46,264 nucleotides of DNA from Octopus sinensis (lineage: Eukaryota): contig NW_021834842.1 of the NCBI RefSeq assembly GCF_006345805.1, forward strand, positions 1-46,264, read 5' to 3'. The position numbers and the translations under genes are program-made. Within the stretch, counting starts at the first letter, position 1, and each line of letters begins with the position of its first letter. Shown here one piece after another: positions 11,887-23,249 of this stretch. Under the pieces are notes generated by a model. The model saw only the letters and a list, made by a program, of their open reading frames with translations. It was not told the origin of the DNA and made no database searches.

Positions 11887-12143
11887 AGATAGATGGGAAA
11901 TGTTTTTATCTTTCATTCCCTTTGATGTTTATCCCTAATACTGGTTTGGATTTTGGCTGTTCCTTCTAGCGTGCCAGGAACCCTATGACGGATACCTTTT
12001 ACGTGTATAAGTGTACACTGTATTTATATGAATAATATATAGTCTATTGACTAATTTTTCTACACGCTCGGCCACTGGTAGTAAAAATTTCTAAGAATGA
12101 GTCTAGAGAGTGGATTAAAGTGTATACTGAACATCCTTTTGCT

Positions 12144-12198
<55 letters not shown>

Positions 12199-12458
12199 AA
12201 TACCAAATAAACAAATGAAATCATTAGTCCTTATTATCACCGGATAATAATACGATACAAATATCTCCATTCCTTTCTTTGTTTAATGTAATTTTCTTTG
12301 ATTGATGGAAATTTTCCGGATGTCCAGATTGTGTGGAATACATTCGATTTATCTATTCATCCTTCTTACCAGGCGTTCGCATTAGCGCTGACTGAGTTAA
12401 TCGCCTGGATTCACTAATCCCCCCTTGAAATACTATATATGCATATATATATATATAG

Positions 12459-12491
<33 letters not shown>

Positions 12492-13064
12492 ATATATCCA
12501 TGCATGCATGTATGTACATATGTACGTATAAATGTGTGTGTGTCTTGTGTGTGAGTGTGTAAGTAATGATATTGTCATAATATGTGCACATATATAGTAA
12601 TGATGCGATGTTTTGCAGCTGGTTGAACGTAAACGATTTAGCGCGGCTGACTGGACTTTCAGCCTAATTTGGCGACAGTATTTTCTAGTGCTGGAGACAA
12701 ATACTTGGAGGAAGGGGGGATATACAGACATATGCACATACTCACACATACACACACACTTACACTTAAACAAGCGTGCAGAAATGCGCTCATTCGCTTA
12801 CAAAGAATGAGAGAGGTGGGCAGCGGGGGATATTATTGTTTATTTATCGAATAAGATTGATATTAACAGTTTCATTTCGTCATGCACATAATAAAAATAT
12901 ATTCACACGCATAAAGAGAGAAAGAGAAGAAGGAATTAAAGGAGGAAGAGAGGGAATAAGAGGAACATAAAAGCGTCGGATGTTAAATAAGACAGCATCG
13001 ACTCATAGGGGCCAAATAAGCGGGGCCAAACCACATATGCCAAAACGTCTCAAATCCCTTATGA

Positions 13065-13279
13065 CTGGAATTTTGGAATATGCGCATAAAAATCAGTAGT
13101 ATGGGATACATGTGGCACGATTACAATTTTTTTAGGGTGTGTAAAGAGGGAAATAACCCTCATCTGCAATTTTGATGAAAGTTGAAACATAGATATTCCA
13201 GTTCATTACAGAAAATATAACAGAAAAGTCTAATTCTTCATTTGCATGTAACACGGGCAACGCTGGGTATCTCTGCTAG
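13065..13279 (+). mobile_element. Helitron-like 3' terminal fragment
   Basis: Ends CACGGGCAACGCTGGGTATCTCTGCTAG|T: GC-rich subterminal hairpin remnant, CTAG terminus, then T. 5' boundary uncertain. Confidence 0.6.
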
Positions 13280-13368
13280 TATATATATATATATATATAT
13301 TTTATAAAGGGCTTAGTAAAATAAATTACTTTGCCACATACTGAACTCATTAGAAATAGCAATTGTTG

Positions 13369-13406
<38 letters not shown>

Positions 13407-13557
13407 ATATATATTATATATAGAGGGCATTATACATACATGCCAGAAGGCATTATACATACATGCCAAACGCTAAGAGGGACAATCAGTCATTTCTACC
13501 AAAAATATTACTAATCCCACCGAATGCAATTTTTCAAAGTAAGACATTTAAAAATAT

Positions 13558-13605
13558 AGACCTGTATCACAGTGATTTCATACTTACGTAATCATCAGCA
13601 GGCCT
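13558..13605 (-). ncRNA. Type I hammerhead ribozyme motif (mirror copy)
   Basis: Reverse complement of 13638-13685. Confidence 0.75.
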
Positions 13606-13637
13606 GAATGTATTATAAATGTATTTATAATACATTC

Positions 13638-13685
13638 AGGCCTGCTGATGATTACGTAAGTATGAAATCACTGTGATACAGGTCT
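13638..13685 (+). ncRNA. Type I hammerhead ribozyme motif
   Basis: AGGCCTG-CTGATGA-T-TAC(GTAA)GTA-T-GAAA-TCAC(T)GTG-ATA-CAGGTCT: 7-bp stem I, GNRA-capped stem II, near-palindromic stem III, AUA triplet. Confidence 0.75.
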
Positions 13686-14062
13686 ATATTTTTAAATGTC
13701 TTACTTTGAAAAATTGCATTCGGTGGGATTAGTAATATTTTTGGTAGAAATGACTGATTGTCCCTCTTAGCGTTTGGCATGTATGTATAATGCCTTCTGG
13801 CATGTATGTATAATGCCCTCTATATATAAATTAATATGTTCAATAAGAAATAATTATTTTCGAAATTTTTTTCTCTTATGAGGTTTTTACGCTATCTACC
13901 TGACAATTTCTTGTTAAGTTTTCCTTATTAAGTAGTTGTCCTTAATTGCTATATATATATATATATAAATGAAAGAATGGAGTCGACCGTGTTTCTGACG
14001 TGAATTTGCTACCCATGTATCGATTAACCGAATTATCGACACTAGGATAATTCATCCACATA

Positions 14063-14113
<51 letters not shown>

Positions 14114-14115
14114 TA

Positions 14116-14221
<106 letters not shown>

Positions 14222-14366
14222 ACTTTCGTTATGTTTCAAGCTAATTCGAATCTCACGAAGAAATACCACTTAATCTCCCAGATTTTTCATGATGATTTAT
14301 TTTCTGAAGCAATGATTAGTTAAAATTTGATTGCTACAGCTCTCTTCCATCTATTAAACCACTTCT

Positions 14367-14413
14367 TACTAATGATATATGAAACTGAAGTTTCGTATGA
14401 AATTTCCAGTCTA
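14367..14413 (+). ncRNA. Decayed hammerhead motif (G5A)
   Basis: CTAATGA-T-ATATGAAAC(TGAA)GTTTCGTAT-GAAAT-TTCCA-GTC; 9-bp stem II intact, core G5 replaced by A. Confidence 0.45.
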
Positions 14414-14466
14414 TGTGATTTCCACACATTTTAAAGCAATGTTATTATTTAATTTGCTTTCTAAGT

Positions 14467-14672
14467 CGGCGAGTTGGCAGAATCCTTAGCAAGCTGGATG
14501 GAATGCTTTGCTATATCTCGCCCATCGCTACAGTCTGAGTTCAAATTCCGCTGAGGTTGTCCTTTCAGGGTCGATAAATTAAGTACCAGTGAAACACTGT
14601 AGTCGATGTAAACGATTAGTCCCCTCCCTCCCAAAATTTTAAATCTTCTGCCTTTGGTAGAAGGGATTATTT
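14467..14672 (+). mobile_element. SINE family A copy
   Basis: GGCGAGTTGGCAGAATC..TAGC ... GAGTTCAAATTCC ... CCTTTCAGGGTCGATAAATTAAGTACCAG. Confidence 0.85.
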
Positions 14673-14838
14673 AATTTCGTGAAGTATATTTGCCACTTAA
14701 GTGTGGCTAACCCTTAAGGGTTGATGTTACTGTAGCTAGTAGCCCCAGGAAGGCATCTTCAGCTGGCTATTAACACACATTCTGCGCCCTATCAGTATTT
14801 GCAAAGGGAGGTCATCCTTCCCAGCCTGATGTGATATA

Positions 14839-14879
14839 CACGGGCCCGGGTTTCTGGGTAATGACCCGTCATCAGCTTG
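14839..14879 (-). ncRNA. Hammerhead motif, cleavage triplet mutated (GCC)
   Basis: CAAG-CTGATGA-C-GGGT(CATT)ACCC-A-GAAAC-CCGG-GCC-CGTG. Confidence 0.65.
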
Positions 14880-15207
14880 TGACAATCACCGGTTGGCGAT
14901 GTGAAGTGGTTCCCAATGCAAATATATATATATATATCCTTTTTCCAGTGACGAAAAGTCACAGATTTCGAAAAAGAGGAAACAAGCAATAATAAATCTC
15001 TGAGCGAGGTATATATAAACAGTTGCTGCACGACATTGTGAAGTATATTTGCCTCCAAAATGTGGCTAACCCTTAAGGGTTGATGCTACTGTAGCTTGTA
15101 GCCCCAAGAAGACATCTTCTCCAGCTGGGTATTGACACACTTTCTGTGCCCTATCAATATTTGCAAAAGGAAGGTATCTTTCCCATCTCCAGCTTGACGT
15201 GATATAC

Positions 15208-15246
15208 ACAGACCCGAGTTTCTGTGTATTGACGCGTCATCAGCGT
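15208..15246 (-). ncRNA. Hammerhead motif with GUC triplet
   Basis: ACG-CTGATGA-C-GCGT(CAAT)ACAC-A-GAAAC-TCGG-GTC-TGT. Confidence 0.65.
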
Positions 15247-15333
15247 CTGAAATTTTCATTAAATTCAGTCCTTAAAGTCCCTTCACTTTCTGAAAAATTC
15301 CCAGAATTTAAACTCATCTGCACAGTCGGGACT

Positions 15334-15731
15334 TGGCGTAATCGTGACTGTGTGGTAACTAGTTTGCTTTCCAGTCATGTGATTCGGGTCCAGTCCTCCA
15401 GTGTGGCACATTGGGCAAGTGTTGTCTACTGTAGCTATGTGCTGACCAATGACTCGTTGGTGGATTTGGTAGGTAGAAACTGAAAGAAACCCATCGTATA
15501 CATGTGTGTGTGTATGTGTTTTTGTCTCCTATTACCGCTTGACCACTGGTGTTGGTTTGTTTACGCCCATGAAACTTAGAGGTCCGGAAAAAAGTGACCT
15601 GTAGTATAAGGTCGTAGAACAAATAAGGCTTAAAACAAATAAATACTGGGATCGATTTGTTCCACTAAAATCTTTAAGGCGGTGACCCAGCATGGCCGCG
15701 ATCTAATGCCTGAAAACCAGTAAAAGAAAAA
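15334..15731 (+). mobile_element. SINE family C, full-length, diverged
   Basis: TGTGTGGTAA...TTGGGCAAGTG...GGATTTGGTAGGTAGAAACTGAAAGAAACCC...CAGCATGGCCGC. Confidence 0.85.
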
Positions 15732-15884
15732 TTCGAGTACGTATCCATCACATGACACATCATTCTATTCATTCCTTCGGTCTTCATAATTTTAGTTTTA
15801 CAACTGTTTATCTTTTATCGTACATCGTTACTTCTTTCATCAAGCTTGTAGATCATTCTTTCTATTGTTGATGTTTCTTTACTA

Positions 15885-16087
15885 AGCGCAGTAAAGTCAT
15901 TAGCATAATCAAAAACCACCAAATACTTTCCAGAAATACATTCTTTCTTGGCTTCCATTTTTGTTCATTTCGTTTATGTCGAAATGTATTAAAATAACTA
16001 ACAAGGGAGTTGATTGAACTACACCCTGCAGCACTCCACTCACAACTTCAAATTCATCTGACACCAGACCGTCTAAATTTACTTGAT
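15885..16087 (-). pseudogene. Non-LTR reverse-transcriptase fragment
   Basis: QVNLDGLVSDEFEVVSGVLQG (GVPQG motif), then DYANDFTA (YADD-like) after a frameshift. Confidence 0.6.
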
Positions 16088-16580
16088 AGTTTCTCCCCAG
16101 GGATAATGTACTTATCACATTAACGCCATTTTCCCACAATACACCATTGTAACAGTGTGCTTTAAAAGTTAAATCCTTATGTGTGATAGTACTTGATATC
16201 TATTCCCTTGTCTCGCTCCCTAATCCTTAGCCCCGAACCCCTAGTCCCTAATCTATGTTCCCTAGTCTAGGTATCCTCTCCAACAGTAACAAATGATGTT
16301 TTATATTTACTAGCAAACCATAGTTCCGGTTTTACTTTTAAACTGGTAAACTTGTACACAATCTCAAGAGAATATTTTTTTGGTAAGTTTATTAACGCTA
16401 TAAACAAAGACTATCTGAATTCAAGTGTATTATTCTATAACGTCTGACCAAAACTATCTGGTCACTACAACCACTTTATAACCAGGCGCAGTGTTTATCT
16501 ATCGTTTCGTACACTTTCCAATGCGATTTCCGTACATTTTTGAGGATAACCAAACTGAACGTTATCAATACATTGCTCAA

Positions 16581-17220
16581 AGGCGGCGAGCGGGCAGAAA
16601 TATTAGCACGCCGGGTGAAATGCTTAGCGGTATTTCGTCTGCCGCTACGTTCTGAGTTCAAATTCCGCCGAGGTCGACTTTGTCTTTCATTCTTTCGGGG
16701 TCGATTAAATTACCATTTACGCACTGTGGTCGATATAATCGATTTAATCCGTTTGTCTGTCCTTGTTTGTCCCCTTTGTGTGTAGCCCCTTGTAGGAAGT
16801 AAAGAAATAAGAAACGTTAGCACGCCGGGCGAAATGCTTAGCGTATTTCGTCTGTCTTTACGTTCTGAGTTCAAATTCTGTCGAGGTCAACTTTGCCTTT
16901 CATCCTTTTGGGGTCGATAAATTAAGTACAAGTTGCGTACTTGGGTCGATCTAATTCACTGACGCCCTCCCCCAAAATTTCGGACCTTGTGCCTAGAGTA
17001 GAAAAAAATTACCTTGCTCAGGAACTCGGTGAGCTGGCAGAATCGCTAGCACCGCTGGGCAAGCTGCTTATCAGCATTTCGTCCAATTTTATATTCCGAG
17101 TTCAACTTCCGCTAGGGTCGACTTTGCATTTCATGATTTTGGTGTCAGTAAAATAAGTTGAGCACTGAGGTCGATGTAATCGACTTACCCACTTTCCGAA
17201 ATTGCTGGCCTTGTGCCAAA

Positions 17221-17259
<39 letters not shown>

Positions 17260-17287
17260 GTTATTATTATTATTATTATTATTGTTG

Positions 17288-17349
<62 letters not shown>

Positions 17350-17762
17350 ATTACTATGGCGGCGAGCTGGCAGAATCGTTAGCACGCTGAGCGTCTGTCG
17401 CTACGTTCTGAGTTCAAATTCTGCCGAGGTCGACTTTGCCATTTATCCTTTCGGGGTCGATAAATTAAGTACCAGCTGAGTACTGCGGTTGCTGTAATCG
17501 AATAGCTCCCTCCCCCACAATTTCAGGTCTTGTGCCAATATTAGAAAGGATCATTATTAATATTAAAGCTGTGAGCTGGCAGAATCGTTAGCATACTGGG
17601 AAAATGCTAAAAGAGCATTTTGTGCGTCTTTACGTTCAAATTCCGCCGAGGTTGATTTTGCCTTTCATTCTTTCGAGGTCGACAAAATAAGTACCAGTTG
17701 CGTACTGGGGTCGTTGTAACCGACTAGTACCCTGCCTCGAAATTGCTGGCCTTGTGCCAAAT
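16581..17762 (+). mobile_element. Head-to-tail cluster of ~5 SINE family A units
   Basis: Units start near 16581, 16810, 17027, 17358 and 17567, each with a GTTCAAATTCC-type B box and GTCGACTTTGCCTTTCATCCTTTCGGGGTCGATAAA core (resembles the MetaSINE-type domain, from memory). Confidence 0.9.
17221..17355. repeat. (ATT)n/(GTT)n expanded SINE tail
   Basis: Follows the family A 3' end CCTTGTGCCAAA. Confidence 0.9.
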
Positions 17763-17858
17763 TTTACATTGCTCAGTTTTATGGCATCCGCTCCGAAATT
17801 ACCCTTTTTGTTATTCTACTCCATACACAGACTTTATAATTTCCATCTTTTTACCCGG

Positions 17859-19012
17859 GAACTTTTTGATACCTATTTCTTTACTACCCACAAGGGGCTA
17901 AACACAGAGAGGTCAAAACAAGGACAGACAAACGGATTAAGTTGATTATATCGACCCCAGTGCATAACTGGTACTTATTTAATCGACCCCGAAAGGATGA
18001 AAGGCAAAGTCGACCTCGGTGGAATTTGAACTCAGAACGTAACGGCAGACGAAATACCTATTTCTTTACTACCCACAAGGGGCTAAACACAGAGAGGACA
18101 AACAAGGACAGACAAACGGATTAAGTTGATTATATCGACCCCAGTGCGTAACTGGTACTTATTTAATCGACCCCCGAAAGGATGAAAGGCAAAGTCGACC
18201 TCGGTGGAATTTGAACTCAGAACGTAACGGCAGACGAAATACCTATTTCTTTACTACCCACAAGGGGCTAAACACAGAGAGGTCAAAACAAGGACAGACA
18301 AACGGATTAAGTTGATTATATCGACCCCAGTGCGTAACTGGTACTTATTTAATCGACCCCCGAAAGGATGAAAGGCAAAGTCGACCTCGGTGGAATTTGA
18401 ACTCAGAACGTAACGGCAGACGAAATACCTATTTCTTTACTACCCACAAGGGGCTAAACACAGAGAGGACAAACAAGGACAGACAAACGGATTAAGTTGA
18501 TTATATCGACCCCAGTGCGTAACTGGTACTTATTTAATCGACCCCCGAAAGGATGAAAGGCAAAGTCGACCTCGGTGGAATTTGAACTCAGAACGTAACG
18601 GCAGACGAAATACCTATTTCTTTACTACCCACAAGGGGCTAAACACAGAGAGGACAAACAAGGACAGACAAACGGATTAAGTTGATTATATCGACCCCAG
18701 TGCGTAACTGGTACTTATTTAATCGACCCCCGAAAGGATGAAAGGCAAAGTCGACCTCGGTGGAATTTGAACTCAGAACGTAACGGCAGACGAAATACCT
18801 ATTTCTTTACTACCCACAAGGGGCTAAACACAGAGAGGACAAACAAGGACAGACAAACGGATTAAGTTGATTATATCGACCCAAGTGCGTAACCGGTACT
18901 TATTTAATCGACCCCCGAAAGGACGAAAGGCAAAGTCGACCTCGGTGGAATTTGAACTCAGAACGTAACGGCAGGCGAACGTTTCTGCCAGCTCGCCGAA
19001 CTTTTTGATACC
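17859..19012 (-). mobile_element. Six-unit tandem array (185-186 bp) of SINE family A inside one 15-bp TSD
   Basis: Units start at 17870, 18055, 18240, 18426, 18611 and 18796; single SINE head at 18981-18997; GAACTTTTTGATACC at 17859-17873 and 18998-19012. Confidence 0.95.
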
Positions 19013-19843
19013 ACCATGTGTATATTATGATATGACTCAAGGCGATGAGGCTTGCAAAACAGTTAGAGCATCGGTGGAGTCACTCTATTCTGTCTTCCTT
19101 CCAGATCTTTCCATTCTGAGTTCCACTCAGTAATGCGTTTCCTTTCAGGGTCGATTAAATAAAAGTACCAGTCAAGTTCTAGTGTGAATGGTATCAAAAC
19201 CATTGCGGCACGACTTCAATAATGCGCTTGATCTTGCGATGACGTGGTTTTTAGCATTTCTCCTCCAATTTCATTCTAATCTACGATCATTTCCGCGTTT
19301 TTGCTTGCTTGTACTTTAGTTGTTTTGGGTGGGGGTGGATTTTGGTGGGACTTATTGCCGCTTTTTTTCTTTTTTTTTTTTTTACTTGTTCAAAGACTGT
19401 TGCTATACCTCAGCAGATATTTTATGTACGACCAGTTCCAGCGCGTCTTCTGATTCAGGAATCATAAGAACATTGCTATCATTAAACGTCTTTTTCATGT
19501 GTCTATTAAAATGTTCTTAGCATTTTTATTAGATGTTTATATCAGATGTTATTGGTTGACCGTCAGTACCAAACACAAGCAATCCTTTTGATCTCAAATA
19601 CAAACACTGACTCGTATACATGCATACATTTATTCACAAATGATCGCGAAGCCTGCTAAATTGAATACTGTTTTCTTGAGCCAATCATGGTGCTTCTCTG
19701 AGATCGCTTGAAAATGAAATAACAGTCAAACCTTCCTCAAATCGCTACCTAGTCTCTTGAATAAAGACAGAATACACGAGATAATGAACTTAACAAGCTG
19801 CCCTCTAAAAAGACAGGTTGATCACGGATGGAATGGCATATAA

Positions 19844-20172
<329 letters not shown>

Positions 20173-21208
20173 TTTCTTTATTGGCCACACAGGGCTAGAC
20201 ACAGAGGGGACAATTACAATGTAGAGTTTTTCTTTTCGAGGGGGGCGAAAACAAAGTAAATAAAGAAGAACACAAAATAGGGACAACGATCAAAGGGGAT
20301 CGAAATCTCTTATCCATATATACTACAATGCTTATGGATATGAAACATTTTATCATATTTCACTGCAGAAACGTTGCTTCAAACATCTGATGAGTAACGA
20401 TAGCAAAAACATTGAGATATAAGACAATTGGTTGGTAGGTACCCATTCAACATGGTAAAATGACAACTTTTCAATGTGTTAAATGAGGATCTTTTTTAGA
20501 AATTGCATAACAACTTTTCAATATGTGTTAAATTATTTTTTTTAGAAATTGTATACATTTATTAAATGATTTTCCTTTACTTTTCAGATTATTTCAGAGC
20601 AAAATTGTATAATAGTTTTACAAAAATACCTACATAAATTTAAACTATAATAATTTAAGTATATGAAATTAGATAAAGACAACTAGAAGTAAGAGCTGTA
20701 GTTCAGCTTTTGGATTTCCTGAAGAATTTCCAGCAGCAATGACCCCCATCAAAGGCTGATGTTTTCCGACATTATTTATGCAAAACAAAATGTAAAGAAC
20801 AGATACCAAAAACTTCACCCACCGCGAAAGAATGCTACCGAATTGTTGATGCAGATGTGCAAACAATATGGGATAATATTTTTTTCCTTATAATGGGTTT
20901 GAGGGAATAGCTCTAAAAGTTGAGAGAGTGATTGAATTTGCCTATAAATCAAACAAAATACCTATCAAGCAAAACGGAAATAGTTTTGATAAGAAATTAG
21001 AGTTCAATGAAATGTTTGATAAATGTGCCTGCTCATATTATGGCAAACAAATAAAAAGATCTGACTATCATAGTCAATACCTCTTCCTTGTCATAGCCCA
21101 GGAGTCGAGCATGCTATCAGTTTAGTAATAAAAGCTTCTGAAGTCAGAATAGGCTACGATAATAGGCACAAATTCATATTAAATGTACTGAAATCAAGAC
21201 GGGAAAAG

Positions 21209-21248
<40 letters not shown>

Positions 21249-21544
21249 GTATGTATTATGTATGTATGTATGTATGTATGTATGTATGTGTATATACATA
21301 ACTGGCATTGTTACTACCGCAATTATGTTTCAACTTTTAGCGTATGAATTTCTAAAGAATATATGTGAACTGTCTAGCTTCCTAACATGGAGCATTAATT
21401 TAATTCATTTTATTTTCTCATTTATCATTGCATGACTAAATTGGCTTTAACGGTAGAAACCGGTAACATATTTTAGTAAAAATGTTATTTTTACCAAATA
21501 TATGTTATTTAATTCTTCTAAAGTTCTCAAAACACTTTCTCCTT

Positions 21545-21591
21545 GTGTGTGTACTATATATCCGTGTGTGTGTTTATATATATGTGTGTGC

Positions 21592-21641
<50 letters not shown>

Positions 21642-21685
21642 TTATATATGTGTGTTTATATATATATGTATGTATATATATATAC

Positions 21686-21721
<36 letters not shown>

Positions 21722-21825
21722 AGATAGATATACATATATATACATTATATATAAATACATATATATACACACACACACAACATGTATATATATATACACA
21801 CATATATAATATATATATATACATA

Positions 21826-21873
<48 letters not shown>

Positions 21874-21893
21874 TACACACATACACACACACA
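21545..21893. repeat. (TA)/(TG)/(CA) compound microsatellite
   Basis: Seen directly. Confidence 0.95.
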
Positions 21894-22049
21894 ATATTCT
21901 GCATGTATTTCTTGCAGATGCTTTTATTTTCACATCGTGTAGCTGAATGCTCCGGATGTAGAGAACGAAGAGAGTCGGTTGTTTATAAATTATGGACGAC
22001 TTAGTTCCTTCAATCCATTTCCTTATTTCTCTAGAACCTCAGAACAATG

Positions 22050-22401
22050 AAGAATGGTGACAATGGAGACGATGACGGTGGTGGCGATGGTAGTGGTGGT
22101 GGCGGTGGTGGTCGTGGTGGTGGTGGTGGTGGTGGCGGCGGCGGCGGCGGCGGCGGTGGTGGTGGAGGTGGTGATGGTGGTGGTGGTGGTGGTGGTGGTG
22201 GTGGCTGCGGCAATGACGACGACGATGATGATGATGATGATAACATTGATAATACTTCTACTGCTGCCGCTAATGATAATGAACGCCACATTGCTACCAC
22301 CGTCACCATCGCTACCATGACTAACGTCATAATTATTGTCTTCGACAGCATAGCCATCGTCATCGTCATCAGCCACGTCGTTGTTTTTGTCGTCAGCGTT
22401 G

Positions 22402-22434
<33 letters not shown>

Positions 22435-22637
22435 CCACCACCACCATCATCTTCCTCCTCTTCTTCCTCCAACTAATCTCCTCCCCTTCTTCCTCCTACT
22501 AATCGTCCTCTCCCTTTTCTTCCTCCTCCTAATCATTCACCTCCTGTTCTTCCTCCTCCTACTCTTCCTCCTGCTGGCACTGCTCCTCCTCCGCCTCATC
22601 CTCATCATCCTTGCTGTAGTCATCATCATCGTCATCG

Positions 22638-22668
<31 letters not shown>

Positions 22669-22674
22669 CATCAT

Positions 22675-22713
<39 letters not shown>

Positions 22714-22741
22714 TATCATCATCATCTTCATCATCATCATC

Positions 22742-22777
<36 letters not shown>

Positions 22778-22786
22778 TTCATCATC

Positions 22787-22822
<36 letters not shown>

Positions 22823-22940
22823 GCTATCGTCATTATCTTCGTCTTCATCCACTTCCTCCTCCTCCTCCTCCTCCGCCTCCTCCTACTTCTCACCATCATC
22901 ATCATCATCATGGTCCTTGTTTTCGCTGTTGTCATCGTCA
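22050..22940. repeat. Trinucleotide tract that switches strand polarity: (GGT/GAT)n then (CAT/CCT)n
   Basis: Seen directly. Confidence 0.95.
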
Positions 22941-23208
22941 ACCCGCGCCCCCGGCTAGTTTACATATAACCGTGTGTTATATGTTGCTCCCATAAATCTA
23001 ATATGGATACGAAATAGATTTACCACGTGTCCTACGATTGACTGTTATTATTTATTACGTCTCGCATTAAATGTTCTATTCCCGGATTAAACGTTACATT
23101 CCTGTAGATTTTCCGTGATAATCCCGGATTAAAAGATACACGCCTTAACAACATGTTTTCTCTACTGATGAGGGATATTTTGCAATAATATACTTTTATG
23201 CATAAGAT

Positions 23209-23249
<41 letters not shown>

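Larger units (their letters stand above)
11506..12034. repeat. Imperfect inverted repeat, ~250-bp arms, ~33-bp spacer
   Basis: 11506-11752 is the diverged reverse complement of 11786-12034 (e.g. CAGCCAAAATCCAAACCA / TGGTTTGGATTTTGGCTG). Confidence 0.95.
13414..13829. repeat. Perfect palindrome, 207-bp arms, 2-nt spacer (GT at 13621-13622)
   Basis: 13414-13620 reads as the exact reverse complement of 13623-13829; each arm has a 23-bp tandem duplication of GGCATTATACATACATGCC. Confidence 0.97.
14679..15246 (-). mobile_element. Retrozyme-like element: two ~200-bp direct repeats, each carrying an HHR, separated by ~160 bp
   Basis: 14679-14876 and 15038-15244 are homologous; minus-strand HHRs at 14839-14879 and 15208-15246; no meaningful ORF. 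Confidence 0.65.

Noticed and set aside
14740-14770. Additional CTGAAGA on the minus strand inside the retrozyme-like repeat
   Set aside because: No downstream GAAA, and absent from the second repeat copy.
16215-16270. CCCTAA-like telomeric remnants
   Set aside because: Only a few degenerate, irregularly spaced units.
17870-18980. Possible CRISPR-like array
   Set aside because: Units repeat in full with no unique spacers and derive from a SINE; eukaryotic context with no cas genes.
20380-20420. CTGATGA hammerhead-like start
   Set aside because: No GAAA, no convincing stem II or NUH triplet.
21428-21470. GAAACCGGTA half of a hammerhead
   Set aside because: No CUGANGA or stem II upstream.
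22023-22941. Acidic, glycine-rich and threonine-rich ORFs
   Set aside because: Low-complexity repeat translations.
22940-22960. GC-rich stretch ending CTAGT as a Helitron end
   Set aside because: No hairpin and no associated element body.
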